IMG/VR virus record: IMGVR_UViG_3300025141_013938
From: an uncultured virus (IMG/VR IMGVR_UViG_3300025141_013938)
Lineage: Duplodnaviria > Heunggongvirae > Uroviricota > Caudoviricetes
Strand: one strand, 5' to 3'
Length of the DNA stretch: 64,000 nucleotides
A program made the translations under genes and the position numbers. This document shows positions 1-9,332 of the stretch, in pieces (position 1 is the stretch's first letter; each line of letters opens with the position of its first letter). The notes under the pieces were generated by a model. It searched no databases and was not told the origin of the DNA. It saw only the letters and a list, made by a program, of their open reading frames with translations.

Positions 1-1
1 T

Positions 2-3000
2 GCTGGATCTGATGTAGCAACATATATCAGCGGATCAGCTGGATCCAAAAATATAGCAAACACCAAGGGCACGACACTGGTCACTGGAGATCTTGTTATA
101 TCTGGCGGCATGGCATTACTCGGCGCCGGTGGGGGCACACTTGAGTTAACTGCTTCAATGATGGATCTCGGCTGGAAACCATCAGATCCAAGTGCTCGAG
201 TCTCTCCGATATTTAGGCTATCTAGTCATAATGATGAGCAGAAACTGGACGTGCCTCCTGTAGACGTTGGCACCATTGAATTCTGGGGTGGAGATAGTAC
301 ATATAAAAATGTCGGAGCAAAAATAATAGCTACACCCGGTGCTTCGTGGATCGCCTCAGATAGATCACCAACAAATATTGAATTCTGGACAAATGATGAT
401 ACCACGGGTCCCATTAAGCGAAGTATGGAGATCCACTATGGTGGAGGAGTCGGAATAGGAGTTGAGGGATCAGGCCCGTCAGAAGTTCTCCATATCAGCG
501 GTACAGCTGCTGGACAAAATGCAGCACTCAGGGTAGACAGTCCATTTGGAGAAAGTGGAAGAACTGCTTCAAGCAAATATTATGCATATTCTGATAAGTC
601 AACAAATTCTAATAACTACTATGCTTATAAATCTACTGGAGCTGTAACTGCCTCAGATATTTCACAATTCAAAAAGTTTGCATTTGATAGAGGTGCTGAT
701 GGCAATAACGGATTAGCTACACTCTCCTGGGATGCACCGTATAAGTCAGAAGGAACTAGCAACTTCGAGCATCTTGATCATCATATCACTTACATCGGTC
801 AGCGAGGAGCTAGCATAGCATTTCTCTCAGCTTTAGCAGTTGTATCTTCATCATATGGTCTGGGGTATAACTACCCCACAGTAGATCCCGGTGCACAGGT
901 ATTAATACTATCTGGAACAACAGATTCTGGAACTGACATAGTTGATCCTAGAAGATTCACAGATACAAACTTCTTCGTATCTGGATCTCGAGGGACAAGA
1001 AATAGCACACTAAGAGGAACATCAGTATTTGGTGGAGACCTAGTGGTATCTGGAAACACAGAGCTTAAAAGCAGCGTTACTATTAATGAGTCTGCTGCTG
1101 ATTTTGACTTCCGCGCTGAATCTCAGAATATCCCTGGAGCCATTGTCATAGATTCCGGTACTGATCAGCTCCTCCTTCACGCTTCAGGTACGATAGCTGC
1201 CACCGCAGGCGGTGCTATCGAGGGAGCGGCTGGCTCCGACGTAGCCACATATATCAGTGGAACAACAGAGTCCCGTGGAATTAGTCGCAGTAAGGGAACT
1301 ACACTCATCACAGGCGACATGGCACTGAGTGGAACAATGCATCTACTGTCAGGTGCAATATTCACAGTAAGTGAGGCACTATCGTGGAACACTGCAGAGA
1401 ATGTATCTATATTCGGGACTGCTAATTCACTAAATCTAAATTCAGATGCATTTCTATATGTCAATGCATCATCAGAAACTAATTTTCAGACAGGCGATGT
1501 TAATCTAAATACAACAAATGGTGACTATGACTTTACTGTTAGGTCAGGTGAGTCAGGATTAGATGGAATGATCGTCGTAGACGGCGGCACAGATCAGCTT
1601 ATTCTACATGCATCACAAAGTGTGGCAATATGGGCCGGCGGCCCAGGAATTCCTGCAGGCACAGATGTTGGCATCTACCTGAGCGGTGCTATCGGTTCAG
1701 CAGGTGCGGCAAATAGTAAGGGAGCTGCCTTATTCACAGGTGATGTCGTCGTGTCTGGATCTCTGTACGGAGGCTACGTCGCCCAGTACGATCAGGAGGT
1801 TTTAAAGATTGGCTCTATCCTTCAGATTCAAGGTTCTAGTTTTTACTTTGATGGAGGGGCAACCGACACCGACACCTCACCTGAAGGAGAAGACATCGTC
1901 TTCTCCGTGTCCGGAAGCATCGGTAATAAGGATCAGCCCTCCTTCGAGGCTAGTGGAGGAACAGCGGTATTCGGCGGTGATCTCGTCGTCTCTGGAAACA
2001 CATACCTTGCACTACGACAGATAGAAGGCCATGGTTCTGACCTCGCTAATGTCGGAATAGATGTCAACTTCTTCGTATCCGGATCTGACGGAGGAAAGAT
2101 AAGCGGTGAGGGCGTCGCAGTCTTCGGAGGAGATCTCCAAGTATCGGGTGGTATCTATATAGGTGATCCTGCTGGTTCAGCAAATGCTTCACTTATAGAG
2201 ACAGATGGCACCGGAAAATTAACAATAGACGGAGAAAATTACGTTCAGCTCTCTGCTGACTCCGAGGTCATGCTCTTCGCTGGCTACAAGGAGGTATTAA
2301 CTGCTTATGGCACCGGTGTGGTAGTAAATGAGCTCGCCCAGGCTGCTGTGGACTTCAGGGTTGAGACTGCCACTAAGGATCACGCTCTCTTCGTTGATGC
2401 TGCTCATGATCGTATTTACTTTCTCTCAAGTAGCTCTGGAGCAGCTGTAGACATACGAGAAGAGGCCATACTGATACTGTCAGGAGGTAGTCATAATGAT
2501 CCCATAGGAGATGCACAGAAATACACAGACACAAACTTCTTCGTCTCTGGGTCGATCGGTTCAGTAGTTAATGGCTTTGGCGCTGAGCAGGTTGGCAATG
2601 GAGATCTGGGCGCAGCAGTCTTTGGCGGAGATGTGGTTATCTCTGGCACTTTGTTTACCCCGGCATCGACCATTTACGTGGGGGGAGCAAAGCTAGGTTC
2701 GACGCCCACCGGTGAGTTTCTCTTCCTCTCAGGCGGTGCAGCAACAGATCCAGATCCAGCAAATGCTAGTGATGCAAACTTCTTTGTCTCCGGCGCTATT
2801 AACTCGATAGGAGGCGAAAATGCTGGAACTGCTGTCTTTGGTGGTGACATGTTAGTTAGCGGTAACTTGCAGATTCCGGCCGGGCAGAGTATCGTATTCG
2901 ACAACAAAAACTTCAGAATGGGAAGCAGTAACGGAAGTGACCTGATGATAACTGCCGGTGGCGAGTTCAGCCTAGAGGCAGATAATTCTAAGATGGCATT

Positions 3001-3460
3001 TGATGCCGGCTCTGGCCAAGGATTCGATTTTAGAGGATCATCACAAAACTTCCTAGAGCTCGCTCCTAGTGGTGCACTTAGCTACACATCAGCTGTTGGA
3101 ACTTTGATGGTCCTATCGGGATCGCAGTCAGGTGCAACCTCTCCAGATGAGTCAACATATACAGACACATGCTTCTTCGTATCTGGTGCAGTTGGATCGT
3201 ACGGAACTGGTAATAGAGGAACCGCACTCTTCGGCGGAGACGTGGTTGTGAGCGGATCATTTTTTCCCGGAGAAGATACTGCATCTAATCTTGGAAGTGA
3301 AGATAATCGCTGGGCAAACGTCTACACGGGTGACCTTCATCTCAGAAATGAGAAGGGAAGCTGGACAATACAAGAGGATGTTGACAGATTGATAGTTATA
3401 AATAACATGACCGGAAAGAGGTACAAGATGGCGCTCGAGCCACTGGGAGATGAAGAGTAA
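2..3460 (+). CDS. Large repeat-rich tail-fibre-like virion protein, 5'-truncated
   Basis: The frame of ORF 110..3460 is open back to position 2 (AGSDVATYISGSAGSKNIANTKGTTLVTGDLVISGG, itself a repeat unit), so the true start is upstream of the window. It has nine FFVSGS..FGGD.VVSG-type repeats. The C-terminus LGSEDNRWANVYTGDLHL..GSWTIQE..NNMTGKRYK resembles C-termini of aquatic phage tail fibres. Confidence 0.7.
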   Translation, partial: AGSDVATYISGSAGSKNIANTKGTTLVTGDLVISGGMALLGAGGGTLELTASMMDLGWKPSDPSARVSPIFRLSSHNDEQKLDVPPVDVGTIEFWGGDSTYKNVGAKIIATPGASWIASDRSPTNIEFWTNDDTTGPIKRSMEIHYGGGVGIGVEGSGPSEVLHISGTAAGQNAALRVDSPFGESGRTASSKYYAYSDKSTNSNNYYAYKSTGAVTASDISQFKKFAFDRGADGNNGLATLSWDAPYKSEGTSNFEHLDHHITYIGQRGASIAFLSALAVVSSSYGLGYNYPTVDPGAQVLILSGTTDSGTDIVDPRRFTDTNFFVSGSRGTRNSTLRGTSVFGGDLVVSGNTELKSSVTINESAADFDFRAESQNIPGAIVIDSGTDQLLLHASGTIAATAGGAIEGAAGSDVATYISGTTESRGISRSKGTTLITGDMALSGTMHLLSGAIFTVSEALSWNTAENVSIFGTANSLNLNSDAFLYVNASSETNFQTGDVNLNTTNGDYDFTVRSGESGLDGMIVVDGGTDQLILHASQSVAIWAGGPGIPAGTDVGIYLSGAIGSAGAANSKGAALFTGDVVVSGSLYGGYVAQYDQEVLKIGSILQIQGSSFYFDGGATDTDTSPEGEDIVFSVSGSIGNKDQPSFEASGGTAVFGGDLVVSGNTYLALRQIEGHGSDLANVGIDVNFFVSGSDGGKISGEGVAVFGGDLQVSGGIYIGDPAGSANASLIETDGTGKLTIDGENYVQLSADSEVMLFAGYKEVLTAYGTGVVVNELAQAAVDFRVETATKDHALFVDAAHDRIYFLSSSSGAAVDIREEAILILSGGSHNDPIGDAQKYTDTNFFVSGSIGSVVNGFGAEQVGNGDLGAAVFGGDVVISGTLFTPASTIYVGGAKLGSTPTGEFLFLSGGAATDPDPANASDANFFVSGAINSIGGENAGTAVFGGDMLVSGNLQIPAGQSIVFDNKNFRMGSSNGSDLMITAGGEFSLEADNSKMAFDAGSGQGFDFRGSSQNFLELAPSGALSYTSAVGTLMVLSGSQSGATSPDESTYTDTCFFVSGAVGSYGTGNRGTALFGGDVVVSGSFFPGEDTASNLGSEDNRWANVYTGDLHLRNEKGSWTIQEDVDRLIVINNMTGKRYKMALEPLGDEE

Positions 3461-5593
3461 TGGCATTTATAGGTCAATCATTATCGGGCTCTATCGGCCC
3501 GCTGTTAATTCAGTCCGGTAGCGGCACAGGCGGCCAGGTCCTAATACTTTCTGGAGGCGGCGGCGAATCTTATGATGAGTCTACATATACAGACATTAAC
3601 TTCTTCGTCTCGGGGAGTGTTGGAAAAAAAGACTCACAGATAATGGGAGTATCTCTCTTCGGCGGAGACCTCCACATATCAGGCAACCTAACAGTAGACG
3701 GCACGTCGCCGGAGCCGCCACCGCCGCCGCCGCCACCAGACGTGGGATGGTTCGGCATTGCCGATGGTATAATCTTCACAACTGGATCTCTCAATATAGG
3801 CACTGCTGGTGATGGAACAAATCCAGATATCAAATTTTTCGACGGAGGCTCTGCTACTTTCAATAAGCAGGGCACAGTCGGTGCTTTCGTCGTCACATCA
3901 CCAGATATACCAGGCTCGATACTGGTAGATGGCTCAACTAATCAGCTTTTTCTACACTCATCTGGAACAACAGCTACAGAGGCAGGTGGGCAAGATCATC
4001 CTGCTGGAACAGATGTAGCAACCTACATAAGTGGCACAGTTGGATCTGTCGGTGTATCAATGAGCAAGGGAGCAACTCTTATCACAGGAGATACAGTCCT
4101 CAGCGGAACTGTCCAGATGCAAGATGGAAAGTCTCTTGTCTTTAACGGTAGCACGAATACAGCTAAGATAACAAATAACGGATCCAATCTTGATATAAAC
4201 GCTCCTAGTCTCCTTAATCTTAATGTTGGCTCATCAGTAGCTATTGGGGAGCATTCAATAGGAACAGATATCATTCTGTCAGTATCCGGTGCCCTCGGAG
4301 GAAAGGCATCACGCAGGGGGGTTTCACTCTTCGCAGGTGACACATTTATCTCTGGAACACTCATAGTCTCTGGCGCTCAGAGACCAGGAAACGGATATTC
4401 TGGTGGGTCCATATCAGGATCAATCCATCACACATCACTCGGCTTATCTTATCTAGCTGCTGGTTCTAATGTAACGATCACATCTGCATCTAATGGACAG
4501 GTCACGATCGACTCATCAGGAGGGGGAGGAGGAATATCATGGGACGGCTCCACAGCTAACGGTGTCGCAACATTTAAGGACGCAGATGAGGCAACCGTAG
4601 AAGCAAATCTAACATTCGACGGAACAAACCTTCTGATCAAAGACCAGGGTCAGATCCAATTTCTTAATGGCGACCAGAGCATCAGTAATGCCGGAACTGA
4701 TCTATCTATTTTATCTAGTGAAGGTGTGGCCATAGCAGCAGACGGCGGTGTTCTCAATCTGCAGGGTTCTAATCAAATAAAACTGACAACATCAGGTGGA
4801 CCAGTTCTGATACTGACAGGTGTGGGTGCATCTACAGCGATGTCACCGGACGAGTCAAATTACTCCGATCTAATCTTCTTCGTATCCGGTTCTGCTGGGT
4901 CTAAGGACACAGCTAACCCAGGAGTTTCGCTATTTGGCGGTGACCTCGTGGTCTCCGGTAACACTTACCTTGCGATGAAGAAATCAGGTCCCGGATCTGA
5001 TCTCGTAGGTGTCGGAACAGACACAAACTTCTTTGTATCTGGCACAGTTGGATCGTACGGAACTAGCAATAAAGGAACCGCACTCTTCGGCGGAGATGTG
5101 GTCATGTCTGGAAGTCTATACGGCGGTGATTATTCTCAGCATCCGCAGAAGCCGGGAACACGGCTGACAATAAAGTCATCTGTCACCATTAATGCAGCAT
5201 TATTTGAGTTCACAGGTAATGAAGATGAGGGTCCAGACGCTGGGAGAGACGCAAGCTTCCTTATCTCTGGTACAATGGATGGTAAGCAGAGTGGTGGCGG
5301 AGTAGCAGTTTTCGGAGGTGACACTGTTATCTCTGGAACCCTGTATGGCGGTGTAATAGATTACGGCGAGGGCGAAATAGAAGAGAAGCTCACAATTGGT
5401 ACAGCTCTTGAGATTGCAGGTTCTAGATTCTTCTTTGACGGAGACGATCATGAAAATGAAGAAGCTGCCGCGCCTGACGGCGATGATATTGTATTCTCGG
5501 TCTCAGGAAGCATCGGTGGTAAGGGACAAGACGCATTCGAGGGAGATGGCGGAGTAGCAGCCTTCGGCGGTGACATGGTGGTATCAGGAAGCA
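2..5593 (+). repeat. Dispersed 30-40 aa repeat, 16 copies across the two fibre genes
   Basis: Consensus D(T/V/I)xF(F/S)VSG(S/T/A)xG-x(5-15)-GxxxF(G/T)GDxV(V/I)SG(S/T/N). Nine copies in gene 1 and seven in gene 2 by hand count. Copies at 3161-3246 and 5017-5102 differ at only 9 of 86 nt. Confidence 0.85.
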
Positions 5594-5712
5594 TCTATGT
5601 CTCACCAGAGGACACAGGTGAGGGTTTTGTCCTAATCTCTCCAAGCGGAAAATTGTTCAGGATAAATGTAGCTGACAACGGAGATCTCAGCACAACGGAT
5701 ATAACACCATAA
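3460..5712 (+). CDS. Repeat-rich tail-fibre-like virion protein, paralogue of the upstream gene
   Basis: 750 aa with seven copies of the same repeat, Gly linkers and a Pro8 run. The C-terminus LISPSGKLFRINVADNGDLST is typical of fibre ends. Coupled to the upstream gene by a TAATG overlap. Confidence 0.7.
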   Translation: MAFIGQSLSGSIGPLLIQSGSGTGGQVLILSGGGGESYDESTYTDINFFVSGSVGKKDSQIMGVSLFGGDLHISGNLTVDGTSPEPPPPPPPPDVGWFGIADGIIFTTGSLNIGTAGDGTNPDIKFFDGGSATFNKQGTVGAFVVTSPDIPGSILVDGSTNQLFLHSSGTTATEAGGQDHPAGTDVATYISGTVGSVGVSMSKGATLITGDTVLSGTVQMQDGKSLVFNGSTNTAKITNNGSNLDINAPSLLNLNVGSSVAIGEHSIGTDIILSVSGALGGKASRRGVSLFAGDTFISGTLIVSGAQRPGNGYSGGSISGSIHHTSLGLSYLAAGSNVTITSASNGQVTIDSSGGGGGISWDGSTANGVATFKDADEATVEANLTFDGTNLLIKDQGQIQFLNGDQSISNAGTDLSILSSEGVAIAADGGVLNLQGSNQIKLTTSGGPVLILTGVGASTAMSPDESNYSDLIFFVSGSAGSKDTANPGVSLFGGDLVVSGNTYLAMKKSGPGSDLVGVGTDTNFFVSGTVGSYGTSNKGTALFGGDVVMSGSLYGGDYSQHPQKPGTRLTIKSSVTINAALFEFTGNEDEGPDAGRDASFLISGTMDGKQSGGGVAVFGGDTVISGTLYGGVIDYGEGEIEEKLTIGTALEIAGSRFFFDGDDHENEEAAAPDGDDIVFSVSGSIGGKGQDAFEGDGGVAAFGGDMVVSGSIYVSPEDTGEGFVLISPSGKLFRINVADNGDLSTTDITP

Positions 5713-5721
5713 AATAAGAGG

Positions 5722-5750
5722 TGTACAGATATAGTCCTCCAGGGTAATAT
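5722..5750 (+). promoter_or_regulatory. Sigma70-like promoter at the start of the glycan island
   Basis: TGTACA-N17-TAATAT in the intergenic gap, followed by a GGAG RBS and the GTG start at 5778. Confidence 0.5.
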
Positions 5751-5777
5751 ACATAAAGATTATTCGGAGAAATTGTC

Positions 5778-7700
5778 GTGTTCACTAGTCCATTTAACAC
5801 TAATGAGGTCTCTATTCCAGAGAACACTCAGATAGTTTTTGTATCTGACCTTTTTGTCGAGGATCTCCTCGGCGGAGCTGAGATGACCACTGAGGCCATC
5901 GTCAGTAGCTCACCATATAATGTCTTTAAATTGAGATCTAAGGATGTCAACATGAATACGCTTTCACAGGGACAGGGCTGCTACTGGATTTTTGGAAATT
6001 TTTCTGGAATGGACCAACGTCTGATTCCCACCGTCGTGGCTAACATGAAGTACTCTATAGTAGAGTATGACTATAAGTACTGTCAGCATAGGTCTACAGA
6101 AAAACATCTAGCAGTAGAAGGAGAGGCATGTAACTGTCACAATGAGAATCACGGAAAGATGATATCTGCATTTTATCACGCAGCTGACTCACTCTGGTGG
6201 ATGTCTGAGGGCCAGATGAAGAAGTATCACAGTGTTTTTCCGTTTCTAGCAAGAAATAAAAATACAGTTCTCTCATCTGTTTTTGACAATAGTTTTTTTG
6301 AAAAAATTGCATCGCTTTTTAGTAAAAATAATGAAAATAAAAATGATAAGTGGACAGTCATCGGGTCCACATCCTGGATAAAGGGAACAGATGATGCAGA
6401 GGCATACTGCAAGGAAAATGAGTTAGAATATGATGTCGTATGGAACTTACCCTATGACGATCTACTTGAGAGACTTTCCCTTTCAAAGGGTCTTGTATTT
6501 TTACCTAAGGGAGGTGACACGTGTCCTAGGACTGTCATCGAGGCAAAGCTCTTAGGGTGCGACCTAATTCTTAATGAAAATGTTCAACACTCAAAAGAGA
6601 CATGGTTCAACACACCTGACATAAAGGGGACACTTGATTATCTAATCAGCGCTAGAAAACGATTTTGGACGGGTGTGAGTGATGTCATAAATAAAGCACC
6701 AACAATAAGTGGGTACACAACTACAAAGGACTGCATAGATCAAAAGTATCCATTTGTATCATCTATAAGATCCCTGATAGGGTTCTGTGACCAAGTCGTC
6801 GTCGTAGATGGTGGTTCAACAGATGGAACGTGGGAACGCCTTCTAGAGCTGCGAGAGACCTATCCAGAGCTGATTATACATCAACAGGGCAGGGACTGGG
6901 AGGAAAAAAGATTCGCAGTATTCGATGGGCTTCAAAAGGCTCTAGCAAGGACACTTTGCACAGGCGAGCTCTGCTGGCAACAGGACTCTGATGAAGTGGT
7001 TCATGAGGAAGACTATAAAAAAATTAAAAATTTAGCGAAGACTCTGACAAAAAATATAGATCTCGTTGCACTTCCAGTTATTGAATTCTGGGGCGGTCCT
7101 GAAAAAATTAGAGTGGACATAAATCCCTGGAAGTGGAGGCTCAGTAGAAATAGACCTCACATAACACACGGTATTCCTGCAGAGCTAAGAAAGTTTGATG
7201 ATGAAGGAAGGCTTTACTCTAGCCCAGGATCAGATGGATGTGATTACATAAGAAGTGACACCTTTGAAAGAATTCCATTTGCAGGATTTTATACAGAGGA
7301 TGCACATAAGAATAGAGAGCTAGCACTCGCAGGTGACAATGATGCTCTAGAGAGATATAAGGCATGGTTCGAAGAAATTGCAAATAATCTCCCATCTGTT
7401 TATCACTATTCATGGTTTGATATAGATAGAAAGATAAAGACATATAAGAACTATTGGTCAAGACACTGGCAGAGCCTATATGATATAGAGCAAGAAGACA
7501 CAGCTGAAAATAATATGTTCTTTAATAAGCCGTGGAAGGATGTCACAGAACTAGATATAGAGAGCTTGTCTAAAAGATTATCAGATGATATGGGTGGATG
7601 GATTTTTCACCAAAAGATAGACTTTGACAAAAAAACACCCTATATAAGATGCGCTACTAAAAACCACCCAGAGATAATAAAAGAGTGGATCAAAAAGTGA
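5778..7700 (+). CDS. Two-domain glycosyltransferase (GT-B/GT4-like N-terminus fused to GT2-like C-terminus)
   Basis: N-terminal half has GGAEMT and DTCPRTVIEAKLLGC (GT4-like E-x7-E region). C-terminal half has VVVVDGGSTDGT and QQDSDE (GT2 DxD). Confidence 0.8.
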   Translation: MFTSPFNTNEVSIPENTQIVFVSDLFVEDLLGGAEMTTEAIVSSSPYNVFKLRSKDVNMNTLSQGQGCYWIFGNFSGMDQRLIPTVVANMKYSIVEYDYKYCQHRSTEKHLAVEGEACNCHNENHGKMISAFYHAADSLWWMSEGQMKKYHSVFPFLARNKNTVLSSVFDNSFFEKIASLFSKNNENKNDKWTVIGSTSWIKGTDDAEAYCKENELEYDVVWNLPYDDLLERLSLSKGLVFLPKGGDTCPRTVIEAKLLGCDLILNENVQHSKETWFNTPDIKGTLDYLISARKRFWTGVSDVINKAPTISGYTTTKDCIDQKYPFVSSIRSLIGFCDQVVVVDGGSTDGTWERLLELRETYPELIIHQQGRDWEEKRFAVFDGLQKALARTLCTGELCWQQDSDEVVHEEDYKKIKNLAKTLTKNIDLVALPVIEFWGGPEKIRVDINPWKWRLSRNRPHITHGIPAELRKFDDEGRLYSSPGSDGCDYIRSDTFERIPFAGFYTEDAHKNRELALAGDNDALERYKAWFEEIANNLPSVYHYSWFDIDRKIKTYKNYWSRHWQSLYDIEQEDTAENNMFFNKPWKDVTELDIESLSKRLSDDMGGWIFHQKIDFDKKTPYIRCATKNHPEIIKEWIKK

Positions 7701-8401
7701 AAGTGATTTTTATAGTTCCTTGCTTCAATGCTGAGAAAAATCTAGATAACTTATTTAAGTCCTTAATCTCTCAAGATGAAGAGGACTGGGTGTGTATTCT
7801 TATAGATGATATGTCAGAGGATCACACGGCCAAAAAAATAATAGAGCTCTCTAGAAATGATAAAAGGTTTCACTGTCACATAAATAGAAGTAAAAAATTT
7901 GCATTAAGAAATATTGTTGAAACATCAAGGCTGTTTCAAGGTATGAGTGATGTTATAATTGCTGTCATCGATGGCGATGATCAACTTTGTAATAATAAGA
8001 CAATCAGCTTATTAAAGACCGAATATGAAAATGGTAAAGACGTCGTATGGACAGCCCACAGATGGGATATTAATGAATTAAATATATCAAAAGAGATGCC
8101 TATGAATGTAGATCCATATTCGTGGCCGTGGTGTTCATCACACCTAAGAACATTTTCTTCGACATTGCTTTCTCGCATATCTGATATAAACTTTAAAGAT
8201 ACACTTGGTAATTGGTTTAAAAGAGGGTATGATCAAGCACTTATGCTTCCCATTTTAAGCCTGACAAAAAATAGAGCGTATATAGATGAGGTTTGTTACA
8301 GGTATAATATAAACTCTGTCTCAATTAAAGATAGATCATGGGAAGAGAAGGGACAGATTTCTACGATCAATACAGTTAGAGCTAGAGGATTTTTAGAATA
8401 G
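7685..8401 (+). CDS. Family 2 glycosyltransferase
   Basis: FIVPCFNAE, LIDDMSED and IDGDD motifs. The real start may be GTG 7697 (GTGA overlap). Confidence 0.85.
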   Translation: MDQKVKVIFIVPCFNAEKNLDNLFKSLISQDEEDWVCILIDDMSEDHTAKKIIELSRNDKRFHCHINRSKKFALRNIVETSRLFQGMSDVIIAVIDGDDQLCNNKTISLLKTEYENGKDVVWTAHRWDINELNISKEMPMNVDPYSWPWCSSHLRTFSSTLLSRISDINFKDTLGNWFKRGYDQALMLPILSLTKNRAYIDEVCYRYNINSVSIKDRSWEEKGQISTINTVRARGFLE

Positions 8402-8417
8402 ATGGCCAGGAGTTCAA

Positions 8418-9332
8418 GTGAGAATATTTCTTGATAATGTAAACCTAGAGTCAACCTCAGGGCCTAATAGCTTTGCAAAGAAGATATCAGGTGAATTAAG
8501 AAAAGAACATGAGGTGTACACTTCAATTAATGACCTAATAGATGAAAAGAAAAGACCCGAGGTTCAACTGTCTTTTATATCTTCTAACTATCAATTAGCA
8601 CCCATTGTTCAAAGGCTAGACGGAATATACTTTAACTCTGAGCAAGCCTTCAATGAATTAAACCTCCCAATCGAGGCAACATATCAGACAGCTAGTGCAG
8701 TAATCTTTCAGTCAGATTTCAATAAAAAATTAACTGAAAAATATTTTGGAAAGAAAGAAAATTCTTTTGTAATCAGAAATGGTACATCATTAAAAAAAAT
8801 ATCTGATGCTCCAGAGATAAATCATCCCGTAATTGATGATTTTGAAGATGTTTGGATGTGTGCATCATCTTGGCGTCCCCACAAGCGACTACAAGAAAAT
8901 ATTAACTATTTTTTGGAATATTCCAAAAAAAAAGACTGTCTAATCATTGCAGGAGAAAATCCAGACGTCAGAGTTGCTGATCCCAGAGTTTTCTATGCTG
9001 GACATCTTTCTTGGATTGACATGATATCATTAATGAAGAGATCATCCTATTTTTTACATTTAGCGTGGCTTGATCATTGTCCAAATGTTGTAGTAGATGC
9101 AAGAGCAGCAGGATGTCACATCATCTGTTCTTCAACAGGGGGAACTAAAGAGATAGCTGGATTAAGGTCTACTATAATTCTTGAAGATGACTGGGATTAT
9201 TCACCAGTAAGACTATATGAGCCACCCAAGATGAACTTTAATCAAAAAATAGAAAATACTTTTGAGTCTGATATCGAAATTAAAAATGTTACACAAGAAT
9301 ATATCAGCGTATTTGAGAGTGTTAAGCTATGA
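8418..9332 (+). CDS. Family 4 (GT-B) glycosyltransferase
   Basis: N-terminal SGPNSF, WRPHKR, and DHCPNVVVDARAAGCHIICSSTGGTKE. Confidence 0.8.
   Translation: MRIFLDNVNLESTSGPNSFAKKISGELRKEHEVYTSINDLIDEKKRPEVQLSFISSNYQLAPIVQRLDGIYFNSEQAFNELNLPIEATYQTASAVIFQSDFNKKLTEKYFGKKENSFVIRNGTSLKKISDAPEINHPVIDDFEDVWMCASSWRPHKRLQENINYFLEYSKKKDCLIIAGENPDVRVADPRVFYAGHLSWIDMISLMKRSSYFLHLAWLDHCPNVVVDARAAGCHIICSSTGGTKEIAGLRSTIILEDDWDYSPVRLYEPPKMNFNQKIENTFESDIEIKNVTQEYISVFESVKL

Noticed and set aside
110..112. ATG 110 as the start of the first gene
   Set aside because: The frame is open to position 2 and encodes another repeat unit, so the gene begins upstream of the window.
3161..5102. Diversity-generating retroelement TR/VR pair
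   Set aside because: Only 5 of 9 differences are at adenines (4 are C/T), both copies are coding, and there is no reverse transcriptase in the window.
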